Source: Nitrospirota bacterium (GTDB taxonomy: Bacteria; Nitrospirota; Nitrospiria; JACQBZ01). Taken from it: 64,000 bases of DNA. Below the pieces are notes generated by a model, which had not been told where the DNA came from, searched no databases, and was given only the letters and a program-made list of their open reading frames with translations. The position numbers were made by a program, and so were the translations under genes. The DNA is taken from assembly GCA_016200255.1 (NCBI GenBank), contig JACQFA010000002.1:3807-67806 (forward strand). The letters run 5' to 3'. This document shows, piece by piece, positions 8,356 to 17,114 of this stretch. The first letter of the stretch is position 1. Every line of letters starts with the position of its first letter.

Positions 8356-8470
8356 GGAATATCGCTCATCGGGTCAAACCGTTTTTAGCGTTTGTTCCGG
8401 ATCAATAAGCCTTTCCAGGGAAGAATCAGAATGATAAGCTCAAACACTCCGTAAAAGCAACTACTGTCAC
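8356..8470. repeat. copy A of a ~110-bp imperfect direct repeat (partner at 16908..17020)
   Basis: ggaatatcgctcatcgggtcaaaccgtttttagcgtttgtt..aagctcaaacactccgtaaaagcaactac aligns by eye with ggagtatcgctcatcgggtcagaccggctttagtgtttgtt..aagctcaaaccacccttataagcaactac. The first ~45 nt are nearly identical; a 3-nt indel lies in the middle. Confidence 0.8.
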
Positions 8471-8493
8471 CCATCAACCTTTCGTTATGTTGC

Positions 8494-9951
8494 TCATTGC
8501 GAGCCTCCTCCGCCGATCCATCCCCCGCCCAGCGCCTTGAACAGGTCCGCCGTCGCGGCGAGTTGCGCGCGCTGCGCCTCGATGCGGTTGAGTTCCGCAT
8601 CGAGCAGTCCGCGCTCGGTGTCGAGCAGATCGAGCTGGCTGGCCACCCCGTTGTCGTAGCGCATTTGGGCAAGCTCGAGCGCGCTGGAAAGTGCGGTTAC
8701 ACGTGCCTGTTCGGCTTCGAGCGTTTCGCGCGCTTTGCGTTGAGCGACCAGTGCATCCAGCGTATCGCGGAACGCATTCTGGATTGCCGACTGGTACAGC
8801 GCGAGCGCCTGCTGTTGGCGGGCCTGCGCCGCTTCCACCTGGGAGCCGGCGCGGCCGCCGCTGAACACCGTCTGGGCCACGGACGCGGAGTACTGCCAGA
8901 TGCGGGCGGGCGACGTGAACAGGTCGGCGAGCGTGGCGCTCTCGCTCCCGAAAAATCCGGTGAGCGAAATGGACGGGTAGTACGCGGCCTTGGCCACGCC
9001 GATCCTCGCATTGGCCGCGATCAAACGCTGCTCCGCTTCGCGCAGGTCGGGCCGGCGCTCCAGAAGATCGGAAGGCAACCCGGCCGGCACGGCCGGCGGA
9101 ACGGTGAGAGCTTCAATGGCCGCGCCGCGCTCGGGCGGCGAGCCGACGATCGCCCGGGGGCTGAGACCCAGCAGCACCGAGAGCGCGTTTTCCTGCTGCG
9201 CGAGCTGGCGTTCGAGCGAAGGCAGCAGCCCCTGTGCGGCCGCCGTCTCGGCCTCGATCTGGCGAAGCTCGAGCTCCGACGCCACGCCGGCTTCGAAGCG
9301 CTTGCGCTGCAGTGCGAGCGACGCGAGCCGGGTGGATAGGGTGCGGCGGGCGACCGCGACCTGGGCGTCGAGCGAGCGCAGGTTGAAGTAGCCCCGTGCC
9401 ACATCGGCGATCAGCGTCAATTGCACCGCGTCGCGGTTGAACTGCGCCGACAGCAGCTCGGCGCGCGCCGCCTCGGTGGCCCGACGGTACTTGCCCCAGA
9501 AATCGATTTCCCAAGAGGCGTTGAGCGAAACGTCCTGATCCTTGTAGCTCGGAGCGATGCCGGGGAAGAACGTGGGGCTGCGCTCGGAAATCCGGTTGTG
9601 TGACACATGGCCGTCGGCGGATACGATGGGCAACTGGTCGGCGCGAGCGAGGCCGAGTGTGGCGCGGGCCTCGTCCAGACGCGCGATCGCGAGCCGCAGG
9701 TCGGCGTTGTGCGCGAGCGCCTCTTCGATCATGGCGTCGAGCACGGGGTCGTTATAGCCGCGCCACCACATAGGAGAGGCGCTGCCGCGAGAAGGTGTAA
9801 TATCTTGGCTCGGCGGAGGGGCCCCGCTGCGCTGATCCGGCCACGCCTCTGGTGTGTCGATCTCCGGCCGCCGGTAGTCCGGGCCGACCGTCATGCAGCC
9901 GGAAAGCAACATGGCGATCAGCGTTGACGTGACGATGCGGTTCGGCGTCAT
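8494..9951 (-). CDS. RND efflux outer-membrane factor lipoprotein (NodT family)
   Basis: Lipobox 'LLSGC'; 485 aa with the duplicated OEP helical pattern. Its start overlaps the pump stop by ATGA. Confidence 0.9.
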   Translation of the reverse strand: MTPNRIVTSTLIAMLLSGCMTVGPDYRRPEIDTPEAWPDQRSGAPPPSQDITPSRGSASPMWWRGYNDPVLDAMIEEALAHNADLRLAIARLDEARATLGLARADQLPIVSADGHVSHNRISERSPTFFPGIAPSYKDQDVSLNASWEIDFWGKYRRATEAARAELLSAQFNRDAVQLTLIADVARGYFNLRSLDAQVAVARRTLSTRLASLALQRKRFEAGVASELELRQIEAETAAAQGLLPSLERQLAQQENALSVLLGLSPRAIVGSPPERGAAIEALTVPPAVPAGLPSDLLERRPDLREAEQRLIAANARIGVAKAAYYPSISLTGFFGSESATLADLFTSPARIWQYSASVAQTVFSGGRAGSQVEAAQARQQQALALYQSAIQNAFRDTLDALVAQRKARETLEAEQARVTALSSALELAQMRYDNGVASQLDLLDTERGLLDAELNRIEAQRAQLAATADLFKALGGGWIGGGGSQ

Positions 9952-12900
9952 GACGGTTCTCCTTTATGCATGGGCGTAGGCTGGGACACTTCTTCGGCCT
10001 GCCGTGCCGTCGTCTTGTGGTATTGGATCTCGGCTTTGATCTCCGACGTCGAGCGCGTTTCGGTCGGGTGCCGGTCGGTGATCAGCTTGAAGAACATCGG
10101 CACGAAGAAGATCGCGAGGAAGGTTGCGGCCAGCATCCCGCCCATCACGCCGGTTCCAACGGAGATGCGCGCGCCGGCCCCTGCCCCGGTCGAGAACGCC
10201 AACGGGGCCACTCCGAGAATGAAGGCGAGCGAGGTCATCAGGATCGGGCGGAAACGCAGTCGCGCCGCTTCCAGCGCCGCGGCGGAGGGCGACAGTCCCT
10301 CCTGGTTCTTCAGCACCGCGTACTCGACGATCAGGATGGCGTTCTTCGCCGCGAGACCCAGCAGCGTCACCAGGCCGATCTGAAAATACACGTCATTGGT
10401 CAGGCCCCGCAGCCATATCGCGGCCAGCGCGCCGAAGGTGCCGAACGGCAACGCCATCAGGACCGAGAGCGGCAAAGACCACTTCTCGTACTGCGCGGCC
10501 AGGATCAAGAACACCATGATCACCGCCAGGCCAAGGGCAAGGGCCGAGGTGCCGCTGGATTTCTTCTCCTGAAAGGACGCGCCGCCCCAGTCGTAACTGA
10601 AATCCGCCGGCAGCTCCTGCTTGGCGATCTTTTCGACCACCTGGATCGCTTGTCCGGAAGAGACGCCGTGCGCGCCTTGCCCGAGGAGTTTGACCGCCGG
10701 CAGATTGTTGAAGCGGTCGAGCGAATCCGGCCCGGAGGTGTAGGTGATCTTCGCGAGCGCATTGACCGGCACCATCCCGCCTTTTTCGGATCGGACGTAG
10801 AGCTCGCCGATCGAATCGGGGCGGTTGCGGTAGGAAGGCTCCGCCGACATCAACACCTGCCAGGTGCGGCCGTAGCGGTTGAAGTCGTTCACGTAGTAGG
10901 AGCCGAGTGTGGCCGAGAGCGTGTCGAACAGCTCGTTGATCGGCACGCCGAGCGCCTTGGCCTTTTCGCGATCCACATCGACGTAGAGCTGTGGCACGTT
11001 CGCTCGCCACAGTGTCTGCACGCCCGCGAGCATCGGGTCCTTGTTGGCGGCGGCGAGGAATTGACCCATCACCTGGGCCAGGCGCTGCGGCCCGCCTTGG
11101 CCCCGGTTCTGGATGTAGAACTCGAAGCCGCCGGCGTTGCCCAATCCGAAGATCGGGGGCGGGCCGAAGGCGAACACCAACGCTTCCTTGATCTGTGCGG
11201 TCTTCATGAAATACTCGCCCACCAGTTGCCGGGTGTCGGCCTTGCGTTCGTCCCAATGTTTTTGCGTGACGAAAATGGTCGCGGCGTTGTTGCGGAAACC
11301 GCCGCCGATGAAGTCCAGACCGGTAAAGGCCACGGCGTATTCGTTGGCCGGGTTGGATTGAATGGCCTTGACCACCTCGCCGACCACTTTGTCGGTGCGC
11401 TGCAACGTCGCCCCGTCCGGCAGGAATACGACGCCGATGTAGTAGCCCTGGTCCTCATCTGGCACCAGGCTGCCCGGCGTGAAGCGCCACAGTCCGGCGG
11501 TGATCACGACCATGCCGGCGAACAGCACCATGCCGATCGCGCCACGGCGGATCATCCAGGCCACGCCGTCGGCGTAGCGGCCGGTGACGCGATGGAACCA
11601 GTCGTTGAACCATTTAAAGAACCGGCCGGGCACCTTATGTTCGGATCTTAGGATGAGCACGCACAGGGCAGGCGTCAGCGTCAGCGCCACGATGCCGGAG
11701 AGCACCACCGCGATCGCGATGGTGACCGCGAATTGTCGATACAGCTCGCCGGTCAGGCCGCCGAGGAAGGCAATCGGCACGAACACCGCGCAGAGCGTCA
11801 GCACGATCGCGATGATCGGGCTGGTGACTTCCCCCATCGCCTTGACCGCGGCCTCGCGCGCCGCCCAATGCTCTTCGCGCATGATGCGCTCGACGTTCTC
11901 CAACACCACGATGGCGTCGTCTACCACGATACCGATCGCCAGCACCATGCCGAACAGGGTAAGCGTGTTGATCGAGTAGCCGAGCAGGAACAGGCCGGCG
12001 AAGGCGCCGATCAACGACACCGGCACCGCCGCGAACGGGATCAGGGTGGCGCGCCAGTTCTGGAGAAAGAGGAATACCACCAGAAACACCAACAGCATCG
12101 CCTCGCCGAGCGTCTTCGCCACCTCGCGGATCGAGACCTTGACGAAGCGCGTCGTGTCGTAGGGAATGGAGTAGGCGAGCCCGACCGGGAAACGCCCGGA
12201 GATCTCCTTCATCGTCTTCCCAACGTCCTTGGCGACATCCAGGGCATTCGCGCCCGGCTGCAGGAAGATACCGACCAGCGCCGCTTCCTTGCCGTTGACG
12301 CGGCCGATGAAATCGTAGTCCTTGGAGGCGAGTTCGATCCGCGCCACATCTTTAAGTCGCAGCGCCGAGCCGTCCGGGTTCGAGCGGATGATGATGTTCT
12401 CGAACTCCTTCGGATCGGTCAGCCGTCCCTGGGTGGTAATGGTGTAGACCAGCTCCTGCGGTCCACCGGTCGGCGCCTGGCCGACCTTGCCGGCCGCAAA
12501 CTGGGCGTTCTGCTCGTTGAGCGCCCGGAGAAGGTCGCTCGTGGTGAGCTTCAACTGCGTCATGCGGTCGGGCCGCAGCCAAATCCGCATCGCGTAGTCC
12601 TTGGCGCCGAAGATCTGTACGTTCGTCGTGCCCGGCAGGCGCTTGATCGTATCGAGCACGTTGAGCGTGACGTAGTTGCTGATATACAGGTCGTCGAACG
12701 TCCCGTCGGGCGAGTAGAACGCCAACACCTGCAGGAAGGATGACGAGCTTTTCTCGACCGTCACGCCCTGGCGGCGGACTTCCTGCGGCAACCGGGCCTC
12801 CGCCTGCTTGACCCGGTTGTTGACGTTGATCGCGGCCTGGTCGACGTCGGTGCCGATGTTGAACGTGATGTTGATCTCGACCACGCCGTTGGAACCCGAG

Positions 12901-13145
12901 TTGGAGTTCATGTAGAGCATGTTCTCGACCCCGTTGATCTGGGTTTCGAGCGGCGCGGCGATGGTCTGCTCGATCACCTCCGCGGAGGCGCCGGGATAGA
13001 TGGCGCGGACGGTCACCACCGGCGGTGCGATCTCGGGGTATTGCGCGATCGGCAGCGTGCGCATCGCGGCCAGACCCGCGAGCACCATGAAGAACGAGAG
13101 GACCGCCGCGAAGATCGGGCGGTCAATGAAAAAGCGGGAGAACAT
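9948..13145 (-). CDS. RND multidrug efflux permease (HAE1 / AcrB-type)
   Basis: 1065 aa. The N-terminus 'MFSRFFIDRPIFAAVLSFFMVLAGLAAMRTLPIAQYPEIAPP' is the classic AcrB start. It has 12 TM segments and two large periplasmic loops. Confidence 0.95.
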   Translation of the reverse strand: MFSRFFIDRPIFAAVLSFFMVLAGLAAMRTLPIAQYPEIAPPVVTVRAIYPGASAEVIEQTIAAPLETQINGVENMLYMNSNSGSNGVVEINITFNIGTDVDQAAINVNNRVKQAEARLPQEVRRQGVTVEKSSSSFLQVLAFYSPDGTFDDLYISNYVTLNVLDTIKRLPGTTNVQIFGAKDYAMRIWLRPDRMTQLKLTTSDLLRALNEQNAQFAAGKVGQAPTGGPQELVYTITTQGRLTDPKEFENIIIRSNPDGSALRLKDVARIELASKDYDFIGRVNGKEAALVGIFLQPGANALDVAKDVGKTMKEISGRFPVGLAYSIPYDTTRFVKVSIREVAKTLGEAMLLVFLVVFLFLQNWRATLIPFAAVPVSLIGAFAGLFLLGYSINTLTLFGMVLAIGIVVDDAIVVLENVERIMREEHWAAREAAVKAMGEVTSPIIAIVLTLCAVFVPIAFLGGLTGELYRQFAVTIAIAVVLSGIVALTLTPALCVLILRSEHKVPGRFFKWFNDWFHRVTGRYADGVAWMIRRGAIGMVLFAGMVVITAGLWRFTPGSLVPDEDQGYYIGVVFLPDGATLQRTDKVVGEVVKAIQSNPANEYAVAFTGLDFIGGGFRNNAATIFVTQKHWDERKADTRQLVGEYFMKTAQIKEALVFAFGPPPIFGLGNAGGFEFYIQNRGQGGPQRLAQVMGQFLAAANKDPMLAGVQTLWRANVPQLYVDVDREKAKALGVPINELFDTLSATLGSYYVNDFNRYGRTWQVLMSAEPSYRNRPDSIGELYVRSEKGGMVPVNALAKITYTSGPDSLDRFNNLPAVKLLGQGAHGVSSGQAIQVVEKIAKQELPADFSYDWGGASFQEKKSSGTSALALGLAVIMVFLILAAQYEKWSLPLSVLMALPFGTFGALAAIWLRGLTNDVYFQIGLVTLLGLAAKNAILIVEYAVLKNQEGLSPSAAALEAARLRFRPILMTSLAFILGVAPLAFSTGAGAGARISVGTGVMGGMLAATFLAIFFVPMFFKLITDRHPTETRSTSEIKAEIQYHKTTARQAEEVSQPTPMHKGEPS

Positions 13146-13160
13146 CGCGTCACTCCTCTC

Positions 13161-14345
13161 TTAGGGTTTCGCCGTGGAGGCGTCACCGGCCGCCTGCGCA
13201 ATCTTGACCGGCGAGCCGGGACGGGCCTTGAGCACGCCGTCGACAATGACCTGGTCGCCGGGGCTGAGCCCGCCGGTGATTACCCAATCTTCGCCGGACC
13301 AATCGCCGACCTGCACCGGCCGCGGCTCGACCATGCCCTGCGCGTTCACGATCATGACGATCTTGGTGTTGGGTCCTTCCAGGACCGAGCGCTGCGGGAT
13401 CGCGATCGCGCCGGGGCGGATGCCGCCGGCGAGCCGGACACGCGCGAACTGGCCGGGCCGCAGCAGTTGTTTCGGATTGGCGATGACGGCCCGGGCCTCG
13501 ATCGTCCCGGTGTTGGGATCCACTCGCACATCGGTGAAGTCCACCTTGCCGGCTTGGGCGTACTCGCTGCCATCGGCGAGTTTCAATGTGACATCGAACG
13601 TGCCGTCCTTGGGAAGCTTCAGGCGCCCTTCCGATACGGCACGGGTAAACTTCAGATGCTCGGCTTCGGTGAAGCTGAAGATCACATGGATCGGGTCAAT
13701 CTGCGAAATGGTCGTCAGCAGCGTCTGCCGTGCCTCGACCAGGCTGCCCTCGGACTTGAGCGCGCGGCTGGTAATACCGGAGATCGGCGCTTCCACACGG
13801 GTGTAGGAGAGGTTCAGCCGCGCCTCGGTCAGCGCGGCCTGAGCGGCCTTGACATTGGCCGCCGCGACCTCCTCGGCAGCGACGGCGTCGTCGTAATCCT
13901 TCTGGCTCACGGCCTTGGCTTCCCACAAGGGTTTCAAGCGCGCGGCATTGCGCGACGCCTGGGACAGACTCGCTTCTGTGCTGGCCAGGTCGGCTTCCGC
14001 CTTGGCGAACGCGGCCTGGAACGGGGCCGGATCGATCGTGAACAGGCTCTGGCCGGCCTCGACCCTCGACCCTTCCTTGTAGTTCCAGTGCTCGAGGATG
14101 CCGGAGATGCGCGGACGGACTTCCACCTCGCGGATTCCGGCGATCTGGCCCACGTACTCGAACGTGGCGGGCAGGTCGCGCGGTTGCACGACGACCACGC
14201 TGACCTCGGGCGGCGGCAGACCTCCGTTCTGAGGATTGCGGCTTTCGGCGGTGCCGTTCCGAGCCGCTGTAATCAGTAGCGAGGCCCCAACAAGGACGAA
14301 AAGTAAAACCGAGAAGAGAATCCATTTTGCATGTTGTCGTTTCAT
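13161..14345 (-). CDS. RND efflux periplasmic adaptor (membrane fusion protein)
   Basis: 394 aa with an N-terminal anchor helix. The lipoyl/hairpin region ('..VEVRPRISGILE..GQSLFTIDPAPFQAA..') matches the family. It lies 15 nt upstream of the pump gene. Confidence 0.9.
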   Translation of the reverse strand: MKRQHAKWILFSVLLFVLVGASLLITAARNGTAESRNPQNGGLPPPEVSVVVVQPRDLPATFEYVGQIAGIREVEVRPRISGILEHWNYKEGSRVEAGQSLFTIDPAPFQAAFAKAEADLASTEASLSQASRNAARLKPLWEAKAVSQKDYDDAVAAEEVAAANVKAAQAALTEARLNLSYTRVEAPISGITSRALKSEGSLVEARQTLLTTISQIDPIHVIFSFTEAEHLKFTRAVSEGRLKLPKDGTFDVTLKLADGSEYAQAGKVDFTDVRVDPNTGTIEARAVIANPKQLLRPGQFARVRLAGGIRPGAIAIPQRSVLEGPNTKIVMIVNAQGMVEPRPVQVGDWSGEDWVITGGLSPGDQVIVDGVLKARPGSPVKIAQAAGDASTAKP

Positions 14346-14379
14346 ATCCTTCTCCTGCTCCGATGACCTGATTTGTTGT

Positions 14380-14673
14380 TCATGATCCCCCTTCTTTTTC
14401 TTGCGACTGCATGATCCCTTCCACGATGCATTTGTTCAAACACCCCGATGCCCGCAACTCGGCTCCTTCATGGTGCATTTTTTTCAACAGGTCTTTTCCC
14501 TCTTCATCAATGAAGGTGACCGAGGACAGATCCACCCGGACAGGATAGATCTGTCGTGTGCCGGCGGCGGAACGCCAGGAGACCTCCAACTCTTTGACCC
14601 AAGGTCCTGCGAGCTTCCCAGCAAGGTTGAAAAGCAAAAGGCCGGTTTCCATCTGTACGGTAATTTTCAACAT
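14380..14673 (-). CDS. STAS-domain protein (anti-sigma-antagonist-like)
   Basis: 97 aa with 'LAGKL..VRVDLSSVTFIDEEGKDLL', the STAS core pattern. It lies 34 nt upstream of the adaptor gene. Confidence 0.65.
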   Translation of the reverse strand: MLKITVQMETGLLLFNLAGKLAGPWVKELEVSWRSAAGTRQIYPVRVDLSSVTFIDEEGKDLLKKMHHEGAELRASGCLNKCIVEGIMQSQEKEGGS

Positions 14674-14700
14674 GAAAAGTTTTTGCGCTCCTTCCCGAAA

Positions 14701-14895
14701 TTAACGCAACCAGGTCCTGATTTTCTCCAGCGAACCGCTCACAACCGGAATCCTGGCCTTCATCGGAAGCAACCGGATCGCGATGGCGCACGTTAGGATG
14801 ACAAGTAGTACGGCCGTGTATAACAGTATGACGCCGAATGCGATGATCGGATGAAACCCTTGCATGTTCATCACCACCCTTTCACGAATTATCAC
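14701..14895 (-). CDS. mini membrane protein (one TM helix)
   Basis: A GTG at 14895 overlaps the upstream stop (GTGA). An alternative ATG at 14871 (MNMQGFHPIIAFGVILLYTAVLLVILTCAIAI..) follows GAAAGGGTGG. Support is only position within the operon plus a hydrophobic helix. Confidence 0.4.
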   Translation of the reverse strand: MIIRERVVMNMQGFHPIIAFGVILLYTAVLLVILTCAIAIRLLPMKARIPVVSGSLEKIRTWLR

Positions 14896-15173
14896 GAAAC
14901 CCCTGCCGGGCTCGGCCGCCGGCGGCGGACCGGAATGCTTTCCGGTCCGACTTGACGGTTATGAAGAATAACCGGGTCCACAAGCTCCCCACACTGCACG
15001 CAGCGCTGGGCCGGAAAATCAAGATGGCCGGTGTCATCCATGAAATCGAAGCAATGCTCGATCACCATAAGGCCGCCGCAACGTGGACACTGTGCCGTGT
15101 CGACGACTTCTTCCCAATGGGCGGCATCCGCCTCTTTCAGATCTTCTGTGGGAAACCCAACTGCCGTAGCCAT
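14892..15173 (-). CDS. Zn-ribbon protein (CxxC..CxxC), unknown function
   Basis: The ATG at 15173 is preceded by GAAAGGAGG. 'CPRCGG' and 'CVQCGE' cysteine pairs are present. It is the first gene downstream of the sigma-54 promoter. Confidence 0.6.
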   Translation of the reverse strand: MATAVGFPTEDLKEADAAHWEEVVDTAQCPRCGGLMVIEHCFDFMDDTGHLDFPAQRCVQCGELVDPVILHNRQVGPESIPVRRRRPSPAGVS

Positions 15174-15220
15174 CGAAGCCTCCTTTCAATTTTCCACAAG
15201 TCCGATGCCATGAAATAATA

Positions 15221-15236
15221 GCAATCCATATGCCAA
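15221..15236 (-). promoter_or_regulatory. sigma-54 (-24/-12) promoter
   Basis: The minus strand reads TTGGCATATGGATTGC, i.e. TGGCAT-N5-TTGC against the consensus TGGCAC-N5-TTGC. It lies ~48 nt upstream of the ATG at 15173, and a sigma-54 activator gene is adjacent. Confidence 0.75.
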
Positions 15237-15331
15237 GCGCGTTCGATCCTGCCGCAAATCGGCCAAGTTACTGAAACTTCAGATGGTTGCAATCTATTCA
15301 GGGGATAGCTTTTGTCGGAAAAAAGATGCGG

Positions 15332-15379
15332 TGCCGAAAAAGTCATGCCGAAATATCGGCACGTGCCGAAGGATCGGCG
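15332..15379 (-). promoter_or_regulatory. candidate enhancer (UAS) sites for the sigma-54 activator
   Basis: Two inverted repeats are present: TGCCGA-AATA-TCGGCA (15346..15361, perfect) and TGCCGA-AGGA-TCGGCG (15364..15379). An extra TGCCGA half-site lies at 15332. The centres are ~120-140 bp upstream of the -24 element. Confidence 0.5.
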
Positions 15380-16921
15380 CTACATCTGGCGGGAGATATT
15401 TAGTTTCCTCATCTTAGATTGCAGGGTCGTGCGTTTCATGCCGAGGTGAGCGGCAGCGCCGGAAGGACCCCCGATCACCCAATTGGCTTCCCGGAGCGCG
15501 CGTAGGATGTGCTTGCGCTCCGCAGCTTCCAACGTGGTTGCTCCATCGGGAACCGCCGTTGCCGGTACTTTCAATTCTGCGAGACGAACGTTCAGGTCGG
15601 GCCCTCGAGACAGGATCACGGAACGCTCGATCAGGTTTTCAAGCTCCCGAATGTTGCCCGGCCAGTGATACTTGGAAAGAACGGCCATGGTCTCGGCCGG
15701 TATCGTCTCGATCTGCTTGCTCATCTGCCGCGCGTATTGTTGGGCAAAATAGCGGACGAGCAGGGGGATGTCTTCGGGACGCTCCCGCAGGGAAGGGGAC
15801 GTGATGGGAAAGACATTGAAACGGTAGTAGAGGTCGCTGCGGAACTGCTTGTCGGCGACCATCTGGGCCAAGTCCCGGTTCGTGGCCGCCACCAGACGGA
15901 CGTTCACCTTGAGGGTTTTCGTGCTCCCCAGGCGCTCGAACTCTTGTTCCTGGAGCACCCGCAATAACTTGGACTGCAGCTCGAGCGGGATATCGCCGAC
16001 TTCGTCGAGGAACAGCGTCCCCTGGTGGGCCAGTTCGAACCGGCCGACCTTTTGGGCGATGGCGCCGGTGAAGGCCCCTCTCTCGTGGCCGAATAATTCG
16101 CTTTCCAGCAGGCCGGTGGGAATCGCCGCGCAGTTCATCTTCACGAAAGTCCGCTCGCGCCGCCCGCTCAGGTTGTGGATCGCACGCGCGATGAGTTCCT
16201 TGCCGGTGCCGGTCTCGCCCTGAATCAGAACGGTGGAGTCGGTCGGCGCGACGGTCTCCACCTGCTTCAGGATGCGCTTCAGCGCCGCGCTCTCGCCGAT
16301 GATCTCCTCAAAGTTGTACTCGGTCCGGATCTCGTCCTCCAGGTATAACTTTTCCTTGGCCAGCTTGTCTTTCAGCTCGGTAATCTCCCGGTACGCCAAT
16401 ACGTTGTCCACGGCAACCGCGACCTGCTTGGCTACTTGCTGCAGGAATTCCAGATCGGCGTTATCGTACGCGGTTTCCTCCAAGCTCCCGAACCCGAGCG
16501 CGCCCAACCGTCGCTGCGCAGTGGTGAGAGGGACCGCGCAGAACGATTTCACACCCAGATCAAGCATCATTTTTGTCACACGAGGAAAGCGGATCTCTTT
16601 CTCGACTTGGGAGATGACCAGTGGCACCTGGGTCTTCCAAACCCATCCCCCCGGAGATTCCTCAACCGGATGGTCACAGCAGGCGGGCAGCTCACCCGCC
16701 TGCGGCGTTTCCAGCACATGCAGGCGCATGACGTTCTGCTCAGAGTCGTGCAGAAGCAGCCGCATGTGCTCAAAGTTGACGACGCGATGCAGTCGTTGGG
16801 CGAGGTCATGAAACAGACTGGGGAGGTCGCGGTGCAAGGCGATGGATTCAGAGACTTCCAGCAGGGTTCGGTACTGCTGGGCGAGGGCATCGACAGAGTC
16901 AGTTAGTGGAGTATCGCTCAT
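15380..16921 (-). CDS. sigma-54-dependent transcriptional activator, GAF sensor + AAA+ + Fis-type HTH
   Basis: Walker A 'GETGTGKE', '[15 protein letters not shown]' (GAFTGA loop) and C-terminal HTH '[21 protein letters not shown]' are present. The N-terminal ~170 aa are GAF-like, and there is no receiver domain. Confidence 0.9.
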   Translation of the reverse strand: MSDTPLTDSVDALAQQYRTLLEVSESIALHRDLPSLFHDLAQRLHRVVNFEHMRLLLHDSEQNVMRLHVLETPQAGELPACCDHPVEESPGGWVWKTQVPLVISQVEKEIRFPRVTKMMLDLGVKSFCAVPLTTAQRRLGALGFGSLEETAYDNADLEFLQQVAKQVAVAVDNVLAYREITELKDKLAKEKLYLEDEIRTEYNFEEIIGESAALKRILKQVETVAPTDSTVLIQGETGTGKELIARAIHNLSGRRERTFVKMNCAAIPTGLLESELFGHERGAFTGAIAQKVGRFELAHQGTLFLDEVGDIPLELQSKLLRVLQEQEFERLGSTKTLKVNVRLVAATNRDLAQMVADKQFRSDLYYRFNVFPITSPSLRERPEDIPLLVRYFAQQYARQMSKQIETIPAETMAVLSKYHWPGNIRELENLIERSVILSRGPDLNVRLAELKVPATAVPDGATTLEAAERKHILRALREANWVIGGPSGAAAHLGMKRTTLQSKMRKLNISRQM

Positions 16922-17020
16922 CGGGTCAGACCGGCTTTAGTGTTTGTTTTAGATCAATGAGCCTTCTCAGTAAAATAATATAGTAAGCTCAAACCACCCT
17001 TATAAGCAACTACCGTATTG
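16908..17020. repeat. copy B of the ~110-bp imperfect direct repeat (partner at 8356..8470)
   Basis: It covers the first codons (MSDT..) and the upstream region of the activator gene. See copy A for the alignment. Confidence 0.8.
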
Positions 17021-17114
17021 CGCTTTGCAAAGCCGGCTGCTTATCCACCGGGAAATTGCGATCTCGCCAGGCCTCGACGCCGCCGGCCAAGGGAAAAGAC
17101 CTCATCCCTATCGC

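Noticed and set aside
8307-8369. 'MSDIPLIYSAARSSSKERRLT' extension of the SnoaL-like lipoprotein ORF
   Set aside because: There is no RBS. The sequence is part of repeat copy A (a copy of the sigma-54 activator's first codons). The ATG at 8306 has AAAGGAG and gives a proper lipoprotein signal peptide.
9966-11651. 561-aa plus-strand ORF (and many others, 9970..13806) lying inside the RND pump and adaptor genes
   Set aside because: These ORFs are antisense to genes with unmistakable AcrB/AcrA features. Their products are Arg/Gly/Asp/His-rich low-complexity strings, typical of spurious antisense ORFs in GC-rich DNA.
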